From assembly GCA_964520655.1 (NCBI GenBank), contig CAZFNI010000002.1:128770-192769 (forward strand): DNA of 64,000 nucleotides, read 5' to 3'. Positions within the stretch are counted from its first letter, which is position 1. Every line of letters starts with the position of its first letter. Of the stretch, positions 45,550 to 60,200 are shown piece by piece. The position numbers and the translations under genes are program-made. The notes under the pieces are model-generated. The model worked only from the letters and a program-made list of their open reading frames with translations, ran no database searches and was not told where the DNA came from. The stretch is from an uncultured Planctomycetales bacterium (GTDB taxonomy: Bacteria > Omnitrophota > Gorgyraeia > Zapsychrales > Fredricksoniimonadaceae).

Positions 45550-47507
45550 GTCAACTGTCCTTGTAAGCCTTTAAGATCAGAGATCGGCAGTCCGCACACA
45601 CCCTTCCTGCAAACGCTGACCTTAAAAGGTTGGTCCGTTGGTTTGATCTTAAGCACTAAGTTTGGTACATAGCATTTATACACCATTTTCCTGATCTGCA
45701 CAAGTTGTTGTGCGCTAACACCACCCGTTACTTGAACATCTACCGGGCCATCGCGCTGCATACTCATCGCTAAAAGAAAATACGTATACCCGTGAGGCGC
45801 TTTAACCAGGACAGGATAGAATCGCGTTTCTAATAAGCTTAATTTATCTCTGTATTCCTTTTTACCCGTTATAAAGAGCAATTTAGCAAAAACCATGGCT
45901 GCCATGGAATTTCCCGACGGCATGGCACCATCATAGATCTCGATCGGCCTGACGATCAACCCGGAATCTTCCTGTGTCATATAATATCCGCCGCGGCCGT
46001 CACTAAAACGGCGACAGCATTCCTCTACAAGATCCTCTGCTGTCTTAAGATACTTCTCCTGAGACGTTGCTTCATATAACATGATCAACCCATAAGAGAA
46101 ATAAACGTAATCATCCAGCATTCCGTTAATTCCTGATGCGTGAAGCAAAACGCCGTCCTTTAAATAATTCTGCAGAATATATTCCGCGCAATGTTGTGCC
46201 TGTTGAATGTATGCATCTTCTCCTAATGCTAGACCTCCCACACACAACGCCGCGATCATCAACCCGTTCCAGTCAGTCAGGATCTTGTCATCCAGATGCA
46301 GAGGCATGCGTTCTCGTCGGTATTCCAACAGCTTGCGGCGGGCAATATCCATCCGTTCCCCATCTGCAACAACGATATCTTTCGCAGAATACAGGATATT
46401 CACCGAAATAAACTCGCCATGCGGGTCATGGGCAACATTCCCATCAGGACTTACGCCATGATACATTTTAAACAGTTTGGCTTCGCTTTCGCCCAGGACC
46501 GCGGTGATCTCATGGTCAGCAAATACATAATATGCCCCCTCTTGCCCCTTACTGTCAGCATCATAGGCGCAATAAAATCCACCCTCAGGGTCTTTCATTT
46601 CAGCCAATACATAATCCATTGTGCGCCTGGCGATCTCTATCAATGCGCGATCTTGCGTCTTCTGGTAGCACTGGACATACGCAATGACAAGCAATGCCTG
46701 GTCATATAACATCTTCTCAAAATGCGGCACTTGCCATTCCTGGTCCGTTGCATAACGGTGAAAACCAGATGCCAGGTGGTCATGGATGCCCCGCTTCGCC
46801 ATCGTTGTCAATGTATGTTCAACCATGGGGAGTGTCGGACTTTCCTTGGAATCCATTGATAGCAGGAATGATAATGTGTGCCCCATGGGAAATTTAGGAG
46901 CATTGGAGAATCCGCCATGAACCGTATCATACTGTGCAGCTAACTTTTGAACGGCATCATCTAAGATAGAATAGTCGGTAGGTCCAGCATCAGTTTCTGC
47001 CGTCATCGACTGGCGCAGTATTGAAATAAGCTCATCTGAAGAAGAGAGTATACCCTCATGATCAGAGGTCCAGGCATTATGGATCGATAAAAGGACATCT
47101 TTAAATCCCGGAGAACCCCACTTGGCAGCAGGCGGGAAATATGTGCCCCCATAAAATGGTTTACCGTCAGGTTTAAGAAAAACAGACAGCGGCCACCCGC
47201 CTTGCCCTGCGATGGCCATGACCGCATTCATATAAATGTGATCGATGTCAGGACGTTCCTCACGGTCAACCTTGATGGCAACAAAATATTGATTGAGGAT
47301 ATCCGCGGTTGCCTGATCCTCAAAACTTTCATGTGCCATAACATGACACCAATGGCAGGTTGAATATCCGATAGAAAGGAAAATGGGCTTATGTTCTTTG
47401 GCGGCTTTCTGGAATGCCGCGTTCCCCCATGGGAACCAATGGACTGGATTTGTGGCGTGCTGTCTTAAATACGGACTGCGTTCAGCGGCTAAATGGTTAG
47501 TCACCAT
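45546..47507 (-). CDS. DUF255 thioredoxin-domain protein (YyaL/SPATA20-like; thioredoxin plus six-hairpin glycosidase-like domain)
   Basis: [39 protein letters not shown] signature. Confidence 0.8.
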   Translation of the reverse strand: MVTNHLAAERSPYLRQHATNPVHWFPWGNAAFQKAAKEHKPIFLSIGYSTCHWCHVMAHESFEDQATADILNQYFVAIKVDREERPDIDHIYMNAVMAIAGQGGWPLSVFLKPDGKPFYGGTYFPPAAKWGSPGFKDVLLSIHNAWTSDHEGILSSSDELISILRQSMTAETDAGPTDYSILDDAVQKLAAQYDTVHGGFSNAPKFPMGHTLSFLLSMDSKESPTLPMVEHTLTTMAKRGIHDHLASGFHRYATDQEWQVPHFEKMLYDQALLVIAYVQCYQKTQDRALIEIARRTMDYVLAEMKDPEGGFYCAYDADSKGQEGAYYVFADHEITAVLGESEAKLFKMYHGVSPDGNVAHDPHGEFISVNILYSAKDIVVADGERMDIARRKLLEYRRERMPLHLDDKILTDWNGLMIAALCVGGLALGEDAYIQQAQHCAEYILQNYLKDGVLLHASGINGMLDDYVYFSYGLIMLYEATSQEKYLKTAEDLVEECCRRFSDGRGGYYMTQEDSGLIVRPIEIYDGAMPSGNSMAAMVFAKLLFITGKKEYRDKLSLLETRFYPVLVKAPHGYTYFLLAMSMQRDGPVDVQVTGGVSAQQLVQIRKMVYKCYVPNLVLKIKPTDQPFKVSVCRKGVCGLPISDLKGLQGQLT

Positions 47508-50500
47508 TATGGAGAGTCAAACACTTCCAGGGTCTTTTTTATAGCTTCATCCCGGTCTACAGGGGGCAATTCATTTGTTTTATCAGATCTTTTATCAACG
47601 GTTACCGGGGACTGGGAAACAGGAGCCTGGATCTCCATTGAACTTACGGGAACAGTGACGGGAACCGGCTTCTCCATATTCGTCTTGGCCTGTTCCATGA
47701 ATTTTCGGGTTTGTTTAAAATCAGGCAAAATATCTTCCAGGTCTTTCAATTTATTATACGCGGCCTCATAATTCTCTTTCTTATACAACCCCATCGCTTC
47801 TTCATAGATCGCAGAGGCGCTTTCATTAAGCCGCTGCTCGATGGCTTTACGTTCATCTTCCAATTGCTTCTGATGTTCTTTGGCCTTTTTCGCTAGTTCT
47901 TCTTTTTTCTTATTCTCGATGATCTCTTGTTCTTTTTGTTTTTTCAATTCGATCTTACGCTGCTGCTCTTCCATCTTGGCTTTGGCAAGTTGATTCTTTC
48001 GATCCGCTTCCTGCTGCTTTCTTGCTTCTGCTTCCTGCTTTAGCTGATCCTTACGTTTCTCGATAAGTTCTCTCGCATGCTGATCTTCAAAATGCTTCTT
48101 TCTTTTATTAGAAAACTCTACCTGTTCCTGACGAGCTTTGTCATTATTCTGGACAGATTCTGCTTCATCCATCGAGATCGGTTTTACTGGTTTTGACTCT
48201 TCTACCTTGACCGGCTGTTCTTGCGCAGCAGGGGTAAGAGGTACACGCCGGAACATAAGTTCTTCATCTTCTTTTTCACGTTTGCGTTGTTCCCTTGCGC
48301 GTTCTTCATCTAATCGACGGTTCTCGCGTTCCTTAAGCCTTAAAGCTTCCATACGAATTTTTTCGCGCTGGCCGGATTCTTCGGCATACCTGCGCTGCCG
48401 CTCAAATTGAGCGTTCAATTCGACCTGACGGGCACGCTCCTTTTGTGCCAATGCGTTCGCCATCTTTTGTTTTCGGATCTGCTCGGCAATAAACAGGCTC
48501 CGTTCACGTTCATGGGCAGCACTGGCCCTGGCTGTCACTTTTTCATAATATCGTTCGATCTTGATCGAATACGCCTTCGCGGCTTTATACCCGTGATTAC
48601 TCAGATCATCAAAGATGACCTTTGCCGCCGTATATTTCTTAGCCTTATATAAAGCGATCGCGTGATCAAAGACTTCATCTTTGGAACGTTCTATTTCCAC
48701 CTGCTCATAATCCTGCCTTTCGCGCTTGGCTTTTTCGGCAGCAAGACGTTCAGCACGCTTTAACTTTTCTTGCTGTGCTTCCTCAAGAAGCATGGCCTTT
48801 GCCTGAGCCTGACGCTCCTTGCGATCCTTAAGCAAAACCTCCCGTGGTGTCAGTTTTTTGTTTATCGTCTTACTGACAACAGGCGCCTTTGGCTCGATCG
48901 GTTTTTGCTCAACATCAGTTTTTTCTTTAAGTTTTTGTTCAGGTCTTTCTTTTGGTTTAGCTTTTTCCTGGGATTCTTTGTTATCTTCCTGAACGATCGT
49001 ACGTTTAAGCGCTTCTAGTGTTTCCAATAAACTCTCTAATTCGGAGAACTTTGCCTTGGCCAGATTAAAATCTTTAGCCTTGGAAGCCGCCAAGATCTCA
49101 TCGTTAAGATTGACGGCCTTATCTGCCAATGTTTGAATCTCCGATTCCTGGGCCTGTCGCAGTTGTCTCCTGCGTTCTTCTTCCGCTCGGCGTCTTTCCT
49201 CTTCAGCCGCTTTCACCAGGATAGCCTCATGCTGGCGTTTTGCTTCCAGCGCCTGCAAACGGTCCTCTTCTTTGATCGTTCTTTCCAGGACGGCCTGACG
49301 CTCGGCCTGTTTGGCATCTTCTTTAATATGCGCCAAATACCAGCGGGTCATTTTGTAATTTGGAGAATCTGTTTCGATCTGGAGGAAAGAAGTGTAGGCT
49401 TCTTCAAATTTCTGATTGCGTAAATGAATGATCGCTTCATCGTATTGATATTTGATCTGGGCCATACGCTGTTCGTGAGCGATCTTTTCCTGACGTTTGC
49501 GCTCACGTTCTTCATCTTCACGCAGCTGGCGCAGGATAGATTCTTTTTGCTGTTTAATGCGGTTAAGCATCTCATCGACCTTGGCCATTTTCTTTTTGAC
49601 CGGGGCCATGCGTTTATCTTCTGCCAACATGCTGATCTTCTGCAAGACCTGGGCAGAACGCTGGGCCAACGATTCAATGATCTTAGCCTCGTCGATCTCC
49701 TGCTCTTTTGTCAATACGGTTTTGGATGGTTCTTGGACAATTGGAGGGATTTCACTCTTTTTTTCTTCATTCTTTTTTACTTCAGGCTTTTGTTCCGGCT
49801 GTTTGGCCTGTTCAACCCTGACCGCCTCTTTTTTAACGCGCTGCGCTTCCCGATTTAGGATCTCTTCTTCTTTGGCCTTGCGCCTGGCTTCAGCTTCCTT
49901 GGCCAGCATATCCTGTTTTTGTTTACGGGCCTCCTCCTGTGCTTGCCGCTTCTTTTCCATCTCAGCTATCTGGGCCTGCTTTTGAATATCCTTTTCTTTA
50001 ATAAGAGCGATCTTGGCAATATACGCTTTTGTGGAGCGATAGCCCGGTAATGTTTTATCCACATCATTGAATTTTTCCAAAGACTCATCGTAAGTCTTTT
50101 TATCAAACAAGTTGACCGCGGCTTGGTATACAAAAGCGACCTGTTCCTCCAGCTGCTTGATACGCTGCTTTTCTTTCTCCTGGGCTTCCTTCTGTTCAAG
50201 GGCTTCTTTTTTACGTTTGGCTACTTCTTCTTCCCATTGCTGAAGGGCAAGTTCCTTGGCCTTGATCTGATCAACACGGGCTTGTTCTGCCGCCATATCT
50301 TTGTCTGCACGCGCGATGTAATTACGGGAAGCTTTATAATCCGGAACAACCCATTCCACCTCTTCAAACTTCTTTTTCGCTTCCATATACTTCTTGTTCT
50401 TGTATAAACTCACGGCTTCATTATAAACAGTGTCCGCCTGGGCATTGATCTGGTTCTTCCTGTCTTTTTCTTTCTGCTCGATCTCCTTATGCCAGGCTTC

Positions 50501-51283
50501 CTTTTCACGCTGACGGGCACGCTGGGCTTCCTCCTGCTGGCGGGCTTCTTCCTTTTGGTCCGCCTTGGAAAGAGCAACTTCCGTCTGAATGATGTTCTGG
50601 TCAATGATCCTCAAATAACTATTTGTTCCCTTATAGTTATCCGACAATTCCTGAACATGAGAGAACATCTCTTTGGCTTCTTTATATTTTTTCTCTTTAT
50701 AATAGGCAACAGCCTGTTCGTAGGCGCCTGCAGCATCGGAAAGCTTAACCTGCTTTTCCTGAATCTGCAGACGAACCTGCTGCTTCTCCTGTCTCTTGAT
50801 CGCGATTTCCTGGGCTTTTAATTTTTCCGCGCTTTGGTTGATGTATTTCGTCATTTCAGGATGTTCAGTGATATTGATGGCCTTTTCAAAATATTCGCGG
50901 GCCTGATCAAACTTCCCTTCATCCTGCAGCTCCATCCCTTTTTCGTAATATTCCCTGGCCCGCTCCTCACGTTTTTGATTGCGTTTGACAACCGACTGCT
51001 CTTTGATCTTATCGTTGACGCGTTTTATATTTTCGCGGGATTTGATGATGAGTTTTTTCAGATCGTAGACGTAACTGGAAGCCGCCTCAGATGTATCCTG
51101 GTCAGAGGCAGCAGCCTCCATGTCGCCGTCTTTGGCTGGCTTGGAGTGGTCTTCATTGACAACAGCAGCAGCGGAATCAACCGAAGGCTCATTATCAAGC
51201 CCAGTAGCGGGCTGACCGGCGAACGCCGGAGAAGCTATTAATAATAGGAAATAAAGAATAACATATGACATAATTTTTATCAT
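47507..51283 (-). CDS. 1258-aa secreted, highly charged coiled-coil protein with seven dispersed TPR-like helical-hairpin modules
   Basis: Start is an ATG whose complement lies at 51281-51283, overlapping the giant gene's TGA (ATGA). Signal peptide [22 protein letters not shown]. Seven repeats of Y.EA..L...KKY.EAK..F..V....P.YK......Y separated by KE/RE-rich linkers. Confidence 0.7.
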   Translation of the reverse strand: MIKIMSYVILYFLLLIASPAFAGQPATGLDNEPSVDSAAAVVNEDHSKPAKDGDMEAAASDQDTSEAASSYVYDLKKLIIKSRENIKRVNDKIKEQSVVKRNQKREERAREYYEKGMELQDEGKFDQAREYFEKAINITEHPEMTKYINQSAEKLKAQEIAIKRQEKQQVRLQIQEKQVKLSDAAGAYEQAVAYYKEKKYKEAKEMFSHVQELSDNYKGTNSYLRIIDQNIIQTEVALSKADQKEEARQQEEAQRARQREKEAWHKEIEQKEKDRKNQINAQADTVYNEAVSLYKNKKYMEAKKKFEEVEWVVPDYKASRNYIARADKDMAAEQARVDQIKAKELALQQWEEEVAKRKKEALEQKEAQEKEKQRIKQLEEQVAFVYQAAVNLFDKKTYDESLEKFNDVDKTLPGYRSTKAYIAKIALIKEKDIQKQAQIAEMEKKRQAQEEARKQKQDMLAKEAEARRKAKEEEILNREAQRVKKEAVRVEQAKQPEQKPEVKKNEEKKSEIPPIVQEPSKTVLTKEQEIDEAKIIESLAQRSAQVLQKISMLAEDKRMAPVKKKMAKVDEMLNRIKQQKESILRQLREDEERERKRQEKIAHEQRMAQIKYQYDEAIIHLRNQKFEEAYTSFLQIETDSPNYKMTRWYLAHIKEDAKQAERQAVLERTIKEEDRLQALEAKRQHEAILVKAAEEERRRAEEERRRQLRQAQESEIQTLADKAVNLNDEILAASKAKDFNLAKAKFSELESLLETLEALKRTIVQEDNKESQEKAKPKERPEQKLKEKTDVEQKPIEPKAPVVSKTINKKLTPREVLLKDRKERQAQAKAMLLEEAQQEKLKRAERLAAEKAKRERQDYEQVEIERSKDEVFDHAIALYKAKKYTAAKVIFDDLSNHGYKAAKAYSIKIERYYEKVTARASAAHERERSLFIAEQIRKQKMANALAQKERARQVELNAQFERQRRYAEESGQREKIRMEALRLKERENRRLDEERAREQRKREKEDEELMFRRVPLTPAAQEQPVKVEESKPVKPISMDEAESVQNNDKARQEQVEFSNKRKKHFEDQHARELIEKRKDQLKQEAEARKQQEADRKNQLAKAKMEEQQRKIELKKQKEQEIIENKKKEELAKKAKEHQKQLEDERKAIEQRLNESASAIYEEAMGLYKKENYEAAYNKLKDLEDILPDFKQTRKFMEQAKTNMEKPVPVTVPVSSMEIQAPVSQSPVTVDKRSDKTNELPPVDRDEAIKKTLEVFDSP

Positions 51284-54200
51284 TCTAACACACCCTTTTG
51301 AGCATCGGCTACTATTTTCTCCCATAATTTTCTCGCCTTGACATATTCGCCCGTCACATAATAATCCTGCGCGGTCTTGTTGTATTCCTGCAATTTCTCC
51401 TCAAATGCGATCTTGCCTCGGATAAATTCGGAGGCCTCATCGAACATCATCTGGCCAGCGATGATGATATCTTTGTAGATCTGCTGGGACTCTTCAAACT
51501 TACTGGCTTTCTGAGCTGCTGAAGCAAGCACGAACATATGGTTTAAGTCGACAACCACCTTGCTGTCAGGTTTTTGCAATTCCCTCGATACCATGGCCCA
51601 TGCCCATTCAGCGACCTTATTATCCAGCCACTTTTCTTTAGCCCGCTGTTTCTCTTCCGGAGAACGATCGTAAAGTTTGCCGCTCATCCGCAAGAACGGC
51701 CCCTGAGAAGTATAATTCAGATTGGTCAGATCGTCGTTAAACTGGGTAAAGTTCCAACCCAACCCCAATTGCGCGTAATCGTTGATGTTACGGGTCGCCT
51801 CCATCAATAAGCCCTGCTTGCTGTCTTTCGCTTCGACCTGGGTCAGATTACGTAATTCGGTACTCAATGTCCAATCCCGATCAACCTTGTAATTGATGCG
51901 GTGGATCATGAGCCATGTGTGCGTGCGGTTGAATTCAAATCCAGTGACTTTCTCGTCGTTGATCCTGAACGCGAACTTTTCCGCCAACTGCCAGGCATCA
52001 TTGACATCATACACCCCCTCAACGCCGAACACCTGGGTACGGCTCTGGGCGACATCAGTCACTGCACCAGCAGATTGTCCGACAGGGCCGGCATTTTCTT
52101 TATAGGCATATTGACCGATCATATTCAAACGATCGAAATTAACAGGCCTGTAGGATGCTCCCAAGATAACCTGCTTATGCCGCTCTTCGATCGCGCTGGT
52201 GGTGACATTCTCCGTCTTGGAATATTCGAGCTTTGCCGAAACGGACATGTTGTCCGTGATTTTACCCTCTAACGCATTATAAAAAACATACTGTCGTTTA
52301 TTTTCATTGCCTTCATCGAAACGGAATTCCACTTTCGCTGAATCTTTCAAACGTTCCATGGCAAGCTCAGGATCTTTCCATACATACCCCGCTCCAAGGG
52401 CGATGGCCGTCCTGTCTGTCTTTGACCCGTCAAGGTTCTGTACTTTACCTTTTTCCAAACTACCCAAAAGAGCAAGCTTGTCATTGACATCTCCGGTCAA
52501 ACCAAAAATATTGGATTGTGATACAGCCCCGCTTTGGTCGCCGACAGCGCGCGTCAAGGATGCCTCAACCTTCCTGCCGTCCTGCTCTTTGGCCAAGGCG
52601 TATTTACTGTTAGACGTTGTTCCTGTCGGTGTGATACCAAATGAACGTTCGCTGACAGCCTGAAGGCGGTCATTGATCTTCGCCTGCTGAGAGACGGCGA
52701 TCGTTGTTGTTTTTCCACCCTGGGCATTGTCATCAACCTTGACGCTGGATGCCGTGGTCAGGTTATCATTAACCCGTTTGTTGGCCTCTACAGAAATAGA
52801 ATTGCTTGCGGTCGTTGACGTATTGGTCAGTCCTTGAAGTCCGATCGTACTGGTGGTGCCCTGGTTCATGCTGACCGCTGTTTTGATCGTTGTGTCTTTA
52901 TCGATCACGCCTGTAGTCGCCGCTACCGTCGCTGTCGTCACCGTCTGACCATTAGCCGCCGCGGATTTTCCAACCAGCGCATCAACAACTGTCTGCTCAT
53001 TGATCCGGGCACTTGTTCCGACCGTTCCGGAAGTTGTTTTTGTACCCGTTGAAGAGTCCGTCGAGGAAACGGATGCCGTGGCAGAGACCTTATCATTGAT
53101 ATCCTGCTTGGCGCCAAAGGTCGTCGTCTTGGCACTCTCTCCTGTAGCCAGCTGCGTCAGCGTATAGGCCGTTGATAACGCCAGCTTATCCGTGACATTC
53201 TGGGAAACGCCAAACGTTGTCGCTGTACCCGCTTTGCTAAACGCCTCCTGAGCAGAGATCTTCAAACGGTCCGTCACTCGTCCTTGAGCGCCGATCGTCG
53301 TGATATTATTATTCGCATTGCTGATATCAAACTGCTGGCCGGCGGTTAATGTGACCCTGCCGTTAAGCGCATATTCCGCCTTCCCTGCCAGCGACTTTGT
53401 GACCTGATTTGTCGTGGTGACCAGATCCCCGATCTTATTCTTGACCTCCTGGATCTGATATGCCCCGGTCAATTTCAGACGTTCGGACTCATGCACGACC
53501 TGGACAAGAGTGGTGCTTGTTTCGCTGGCACCGACCTGGGCCACGGTTTGTAAATTGGCATTATTGATGAGTTTCTGTATATCCGTGCGGGCTGTGACGC
53601 GTGTCAACGGAGTTAGATCAAAGGTCAACGCTAAACCGGCTAATTGTTTACCTTGCTGCGACGACGATTGCACTGAGGTGAACGAATCTTCGATCCACTT
53701 GTAATACGATGCAACACCCAATCGGTTAAAGAGTCTGGCATCTCCTTTGATGCCATACGCAACACCATTGGCCGCATCACCAGACTGCAGCTGCGTGAAT
53801 GAAATACCCCCATCAGTGGACACATAGGAACTGACACCTAAGGATTGCGTTTGGGCATACTCAGCTTTCACGGTCGCATCCGGTCCTAAATGCGCGGTCA
53901 CGTCCGTACCCTTCATTTCAAAATTCTTATTGGTCTGCGTTTCTTTTACATATGTCCCGCCAATGACCACATTGTCGCCCACGGCTTGCGCGACACGCGC
54001 ACCTTCAGAAGATTCCGTTAACTTGTCCTGCACATAATATTCATAATCCGCGACCACGTAGATCGGATTGCCGTCGATCAGATCGGTTGAAACGATCGAT
54101 TCTGATTTCGCGATCATGGAAACCGGCTGCCAGAACAGGATACGCCCCTGTCCCTCGTCTAATTCATAGTCCGCCCCGTTCTTCATCTCTTTGGAAGACA

Positions 54201-57200
54201 ATACCAGACCGGTCACTTTGTCGCGTACTTCAATGCGGATCTTATCCGTTGACTGTACGACGTCCTTGTTCTTTAAGAAATATAAACTGCCGCCCGTCCC
54301 CAAAAATTCATTGTGGGATGGTCGTTGCTGGATCTCAGCATGGAACAAAACAACTTTCGTGCGGGCATCGCCGTAGGGGTTATTAGCCACGCTTTGGTAA
54401 TCTAATTTACCTCCGTAGAATGAGCGGGTGAAATTGGCAAATTCCGTATTGTTAAAATCGACCGCGTAATTGCCCCACACCGCCTGTGATTTATCCCACT
54501 GCACCATCAAATACAACGGCCCCTGAGTATCGGTCGCGTCATAATTGATCGAAGACTTATCGCCGTAGATCGGATAATAAGTGGCCGGGTCGAGTTTCCT
54601 ATAAAGCTCCTTTTGCTGGCGATCCGTATCAAAAGAAGATGTCACCAAATATTTGCCCATGATCTTGCCTTTGAGATAATAGGATGCTTTGCCTTGATGC
54701 CAGAATTTATTCTGGAAATGATCGCTGGACTGGATGGGTTCGACATTGCCGCGGTTGAAATTATAACCAACTTTGGCATCGCCCAAGCCAACGAACATGA
54801 AATAGTCATCCCCGACCTTGATCGGTCGCGTATAGCGCTCAAGGCCGACCGTTGGCGGTAATGATAACGGCACAGGCGTCAAAGACGGCGTTATTGCGGG
54901 CGGAGAGATCTGATCCAGAGGATTTGGCGGCACAATTTCTCCTTTGTCCTGAGGACCAATGACCTCCAGATTATAATCGCCGTTGGGCAGAATGATCTCG
55001 ATATTATCCGTTTTGTCCGCCGCCGTGATGCCAGCATCCAGCATTTCTTTGGGGGTCAGTCCATAATATTGTTCCAGGGGAATATCCGCAAAAACAGCAC
55101 CGCCCTTTAAGACCCGCACCGATTTGATATCCTGCCCCTGACGGTTAATGTGGATCGTCTCACCAGCGATCGTGATACCTTGCTTCTCAAGCGCATTGAC
55201 CGCTGATTGCGTATCCACCCATTTGCGGTAATTATCCGCCTGCTGTTTGCCCCAATCAGATCTTGTTTCCTTGTCTTTTTCTTTCTTGTATTCCTCTTCG
55301 GTCTCGATAACGCGTATTTCCAAGGGTTTCTCCATGGTCAGGTCACGCTCTCCCTTTTCATTCTTCACGCTGAGGACATACGCATAATGATGATCAAAAC
55401 GGATCATGCGCTCATCGTCGCCGCGGCCATTCCAGATGATCGGGTCATGGATGTTAAAACGCGTCCCGGTAAAGTGTTTGACTAATTTTTTGGTATCACG
55501 GTCGATGATGTCGAGCTGCCAGGAATCAAGGAAGGCCGCGTAATTGGTGAATATTCGAAATTGGGCCGGTTTAAAAAGGCTGGTATTATTGTAAATGACT
55601 AACGTCTCCTTGCCCTCCTCAGGACTGAACATCGCAACATTAAGTCTTGGAGCAGGCTTATTCTTATCCTGATTGAGCGCGATCTTTTCATTAAAGAAGA
55701 CTGCGTCCTTGCCCACGACCTGCTTATTGTCCATATTCACGCCAAAATTGACCTTGGAGATGGAGCCGTTGGTCACATCTACAACAACGGCCTTGTCCGT
55801 CGTTAAATAGGACCCGGGCGGCAACGTGCGTTCATCTATGCGCAGCATATGTCTTCCAGGCAAAACGCCCGGCCAGCTGTATTTCCCTTCCCTGTCCGCG
55901 GTGATGACCGTCCCGTCGTCCGTCACGATCTGGACATTGGGGATAGGCCTCTCGACAATGGTCGTCCCTTCCGTCGGATCATATTCCGGTGCATCTTGTT
56001 GGCCGTTCTCATTTAGATCATAAAACACTTTGCCGATCACTGTCCCCATGTCAAACAGCGGATCCATAACGACCTTGACCGATTTGGTCGTCGTATTAGA
56101 AATGACCAGGCCGTTGGAATATTTGGCCTGCGCCACGTTCTCATACGTCCCGCTGGCCACACCGGCACCGACAACCAACTGATATTTCAGTGTTTTAGTG
56201 ATGCCCGGACCGATCGATCCAATGGTAAAGGTCAGCGGTCGATTGCCTGAGGGGTCCGCGATCCCGATACCGTCTAACAATACGCGGTTGCTCAAATATT
56301 TAAATCCGGGTGGGATCTTATCCACGAGCACGATATTATTGATCGTTTCCGAGCTGGAAAGGTTCTGGATCGTCACCGCGTACGTCACGACATCCCCGAT
56401 GCGCACCTCTGTTTTATTAGCAGACTTCTCAATGCGTAACAGGAATCGATTAATATCCACCGGATGGTCGATCTGCAGGATCACGTTATTGACCGTAAAA
56501 GTCTCTCCCTTGGAACCCGTCGTTACCACTTTCCCAACAGGGAAGGTCGTCAGAACGGACGGATAAGTGAAATCGGGATTGGAAAGCTGGATATAATAGT
56601 TCCCGTTAGCCGCCAGGAAACTATATAAACCGTCCGTCCCCGTGACAAATGGATTTGTATCATTGCAATCCAGGTCCCTTAAGACCGTGATATTTCCGCT
56701 GCCGTCGCAGGAGCTAACCTCAGCCAAATGATTATCCGAGGCACGGTAAATAGCGACTGAGGCATCTTTGACCACATTGCCTGTCGTGGAATCAAAAACA
56801 TATCCGAAAGGATCGGTCAATGATAAACTGATCAAGTCGCTGGAGACCCCATCAACAACAACAGAGACATAATTTGTTCCTTTAAGCAAACTCGTGGTCA
56901 CCGCAAAAGAATAATTTCCTGTCCCGTCAGTAGTAGAGGATCCGATAGACGACAAGAGCAAGCTGCCTGCACTATCATTAGCTTTGACCACAACAGCCTG
57001 CCCCGGTTTGCCAACCCCTGTAATGACCGGTTTATCGCCCTTGATGCGTTCATTATTGACCGGCGATGTGATCTGTGGCACTTGCGACGTGGTCGGCGCA
57101 AGGACGACCGTCAGGTCATTTTGAGGACCAGGGACTTCAACGAAGGAACTGCTTAGAACATAAGGTGTCAAATAATTATCATCGGCAACGGTGCTGATCC

Positions 57201-60200
57201 TCAATTTTACTCCCGACGCAACGCTTGTGCCGGCATCGGTGTCGTCATCGTGCCCTAACACCACACGGTAATTTCCATAAGCATTCGCCCTGGTCGTGGC
57301 AACGATCACCTCAGTTCCCGCTTCATTAAGCCCTTTAATGCGGACATTGGTGTTCGGCGGCCCTGTCCCGATAATGACAGGCAGCTGCCCGACTGTACGA
57401 TTGTCCGCCGGGGCCGATAGCTGTAAAGACACAAACAGCCAGTTCGTATTGTTATTCAAAGAATCCGTACATTCCAGACAGGTCACAATACTGGTCAAAG
57501 CATTGGAGTCTTTAACATCCACCAAACTCGCCGTTTGGTCGCCATTAGGAAAGGTAATATTCCAGGATGATCCTGAAGAGCTGGAGCGCAGCTGTATTAA
57601 AGAACCGACCGCGCCGGTAAAATTAAAAATATTATTAACGGTCTGATTCGATCCAGCCGTAAAGGTGATCACTTTTGCCGGGGTTGTGGAATACCAATCA
57701 TAGAATGTCGTATTCCCGGTGATCAGCGCGGCTGATGCGGTATCCATGGTGACACGACCGCTGGAAGTCGTGAACGTCCCTCCGCTATGCGTCCAGTCGC
57801 CGGCGACTGTGAAGCTCTTCGCGGTCGTCGGAGCGGTTAACACGCCTGAGGAGATCACAACCGCCCCATTGGCATCGATATTCCCGTTGGTTGCCGTCAG
57901 CGTGCCGCCATTTATCGTCAATGTACCGCCCGTGGTCAATGTATTGGCATTAGTAGAAATATCCAAGGAACTGCTCGTCACACTTAAGTCATGGGCCAGC
58001 GTCAACGCACCGTTGGTAATGAACAGGTCTTTAGTGCCGTGCGTATCATTGATCACTACATTGTAATAATCCGTGGCTCCAAGATCAGGGATCGTAAAAG
58101 TATCCACAACTCCATCGCCGTTGCCAGTGAACAAAAATGTACCGTGTGCCACATCCATGGTGCCGAAACTGATCGTCTCACTACCAAACAAGGACACCGT
58201 CCCGTTATTGGTCAAGGCTCCAGTTACGGTCATATTCTTGCCGTTTAAGGTTAAAGTCGAGGAAGCATTTGTGGTCAATACTGCCAAGGTCACATTGGTG
58301 GATAATGACGGAAGATTCGCAACATTGGTGACCACCGCCGCATCTGTGCTGTTTGGAACGATCCCCAAGTCCCAGTTTGTCGGAACATCCCAGTCGGTGG
58401 ATGTTGTCCCTGTCCATGTCAGTGTGGCACCGCCGAAAGTCCAATTGGTGTTGTTGCCGGAATCAACTGAGCTGCTGCGTGCCACCAGCGTTACGCCGCC
58501 GGACGCGTTATTATCCTTAACATCCATGAAATTGATCGACTGCGTCCCTCCCGCCGTCAACGAAATATTAGCCTGACTTCCCGAAGATGTACTGCGCAAG
58601 GACAACAGCTGGCCGGATGCGCCGGATAAAGTCAAATCATTGCTGACCGTCTGCGTCGTCCCTGCTGTTAAGGTGAGCGTATCGGCAGCCGCCATCACTT
58701 TGCGTAAACGATAGAAGGTGGTCGAGCCCGCCATGGTTTGACCAGTCCCGTCAAAAGTCACCTTGCCGCTGGCATTATTAAAAGTCCCTCCCGAATGCGT
58801 CCAATTCCCGGCAACGGTAAAGGCTGTATTGGTTGTGGCCGCGGGCGCGTTGAACGTTCCGCTTGAGATCACAACCGCCCCGTTGGCATCAATGATCGAA
58901 TTCGTGGCCGTCAAAGTCCCGCCATTTACCGTGAGCGTACCTCCTGTTGTCAGCGTGTTGCTGTTCGTTGACGTATTCAAAGACGAGCTGGTCACACTCA
59001 GATTATTAGCCAATGTCAGATCGGCATTAGTAATAAACACATCCTTGGTCCCGTGTGTGTCATTGATCGTCAGATTATAGTAATCCGTCGCACCGAAATC
59101 CTTGATCGTGACCGTATCAACAGTCCCATCACCATTACCAACATAAACAAAGGTTCCGTGCGCTGTGTCCATTGTCCCAAAAGACATGGTTTCTGACCCG
59201 AACAGCGTGATCGTGCCGTTATTAGTCAATGCCCCGCTCACACTCAAATTCTTGCCGTTTAATGTCAGATTGGATGAAGCATTGGTCGTCAGCGTCCCGA
59301 TCGTGACGTTTGTCGCCAACACCGGTTGATTGGCAACATTGGCGATCACCACATTATCGATCGATGTTGGAACGATCCCGATATCCCAGTTACCAGAGGT
59401 ATCCCAATCCGTTGAGACTGTCCCTGTCCAGGTCATGGTCGCTGCGCCGAAGATCCAGTTGGTGTTATTCCCCGTATCGACCCCTCCGGCGACAGCCACG
59501 AGCGTCAGACCGGAAGCCGTATTGTCCTGAACATCCACATAACTGATAGCCTGGGTTCCCCCCGCCTGTAAATTCAGATTCGCCGCTGATCCGCCGACAG
59601 AACTGCGGATGCTCAGCACATTGCCTGCAACCCCATTTAACACCAAATTATTGCTGATCGTCTGTGTTGTGCCCGCGGTCAATGTCAAGGTGCTGGCTGC
59701 TGCCACCACTTTGCGCAGCTGGTAAAACGTCGTCGAACCCGCCATGGATTGAGAGGATCCATCAAGCGTCACTTTACCGTTATTTGCCGTGAAAGTCCCT
59801 CCTGAATGGGTCCAATTGCCGGCCACCGTAAACGCGGTATTGGTCGTTGAAGCAGGCGCTGTCAGCGTCCCGCTTGAGATCGTAACCGCTCCATTGACAT
59901 CGATCGTTGAATTTGTGGCAGTCCACGTACCGCCATTGACCGTCAAAGCCCCACCCACCACAACGGCATTGCTGTTGGTCGACGTATTCAAGACCGCCGC
60001 CGTGACGCTTAAATTGTTGACTAGCGTTAATGCGCCATTAGTGATAAATGTATCGGGTGAGCCATTGGTGTCATTGATCGTCAGATTATAATAATCCGTC
60101 GCGCCGAAATCCTTGATCGTAATGGTCGTGCCGGTATTGGTCCCCACATACGTGAATGTCCCGGGATTGACAATGTCCTGTGTGAGATTCAAGGTCTCCG

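Noticed and set aside
47493-51241. Many plus-strand ORFs (for example 49497..49985 and 50834..51241) opposite the 1258-aa coiled-coil gene
   Set aside because: Ser/Leu/Phe-rich low-complexity translations expected antisense to a K/E-rich gene; no start context.
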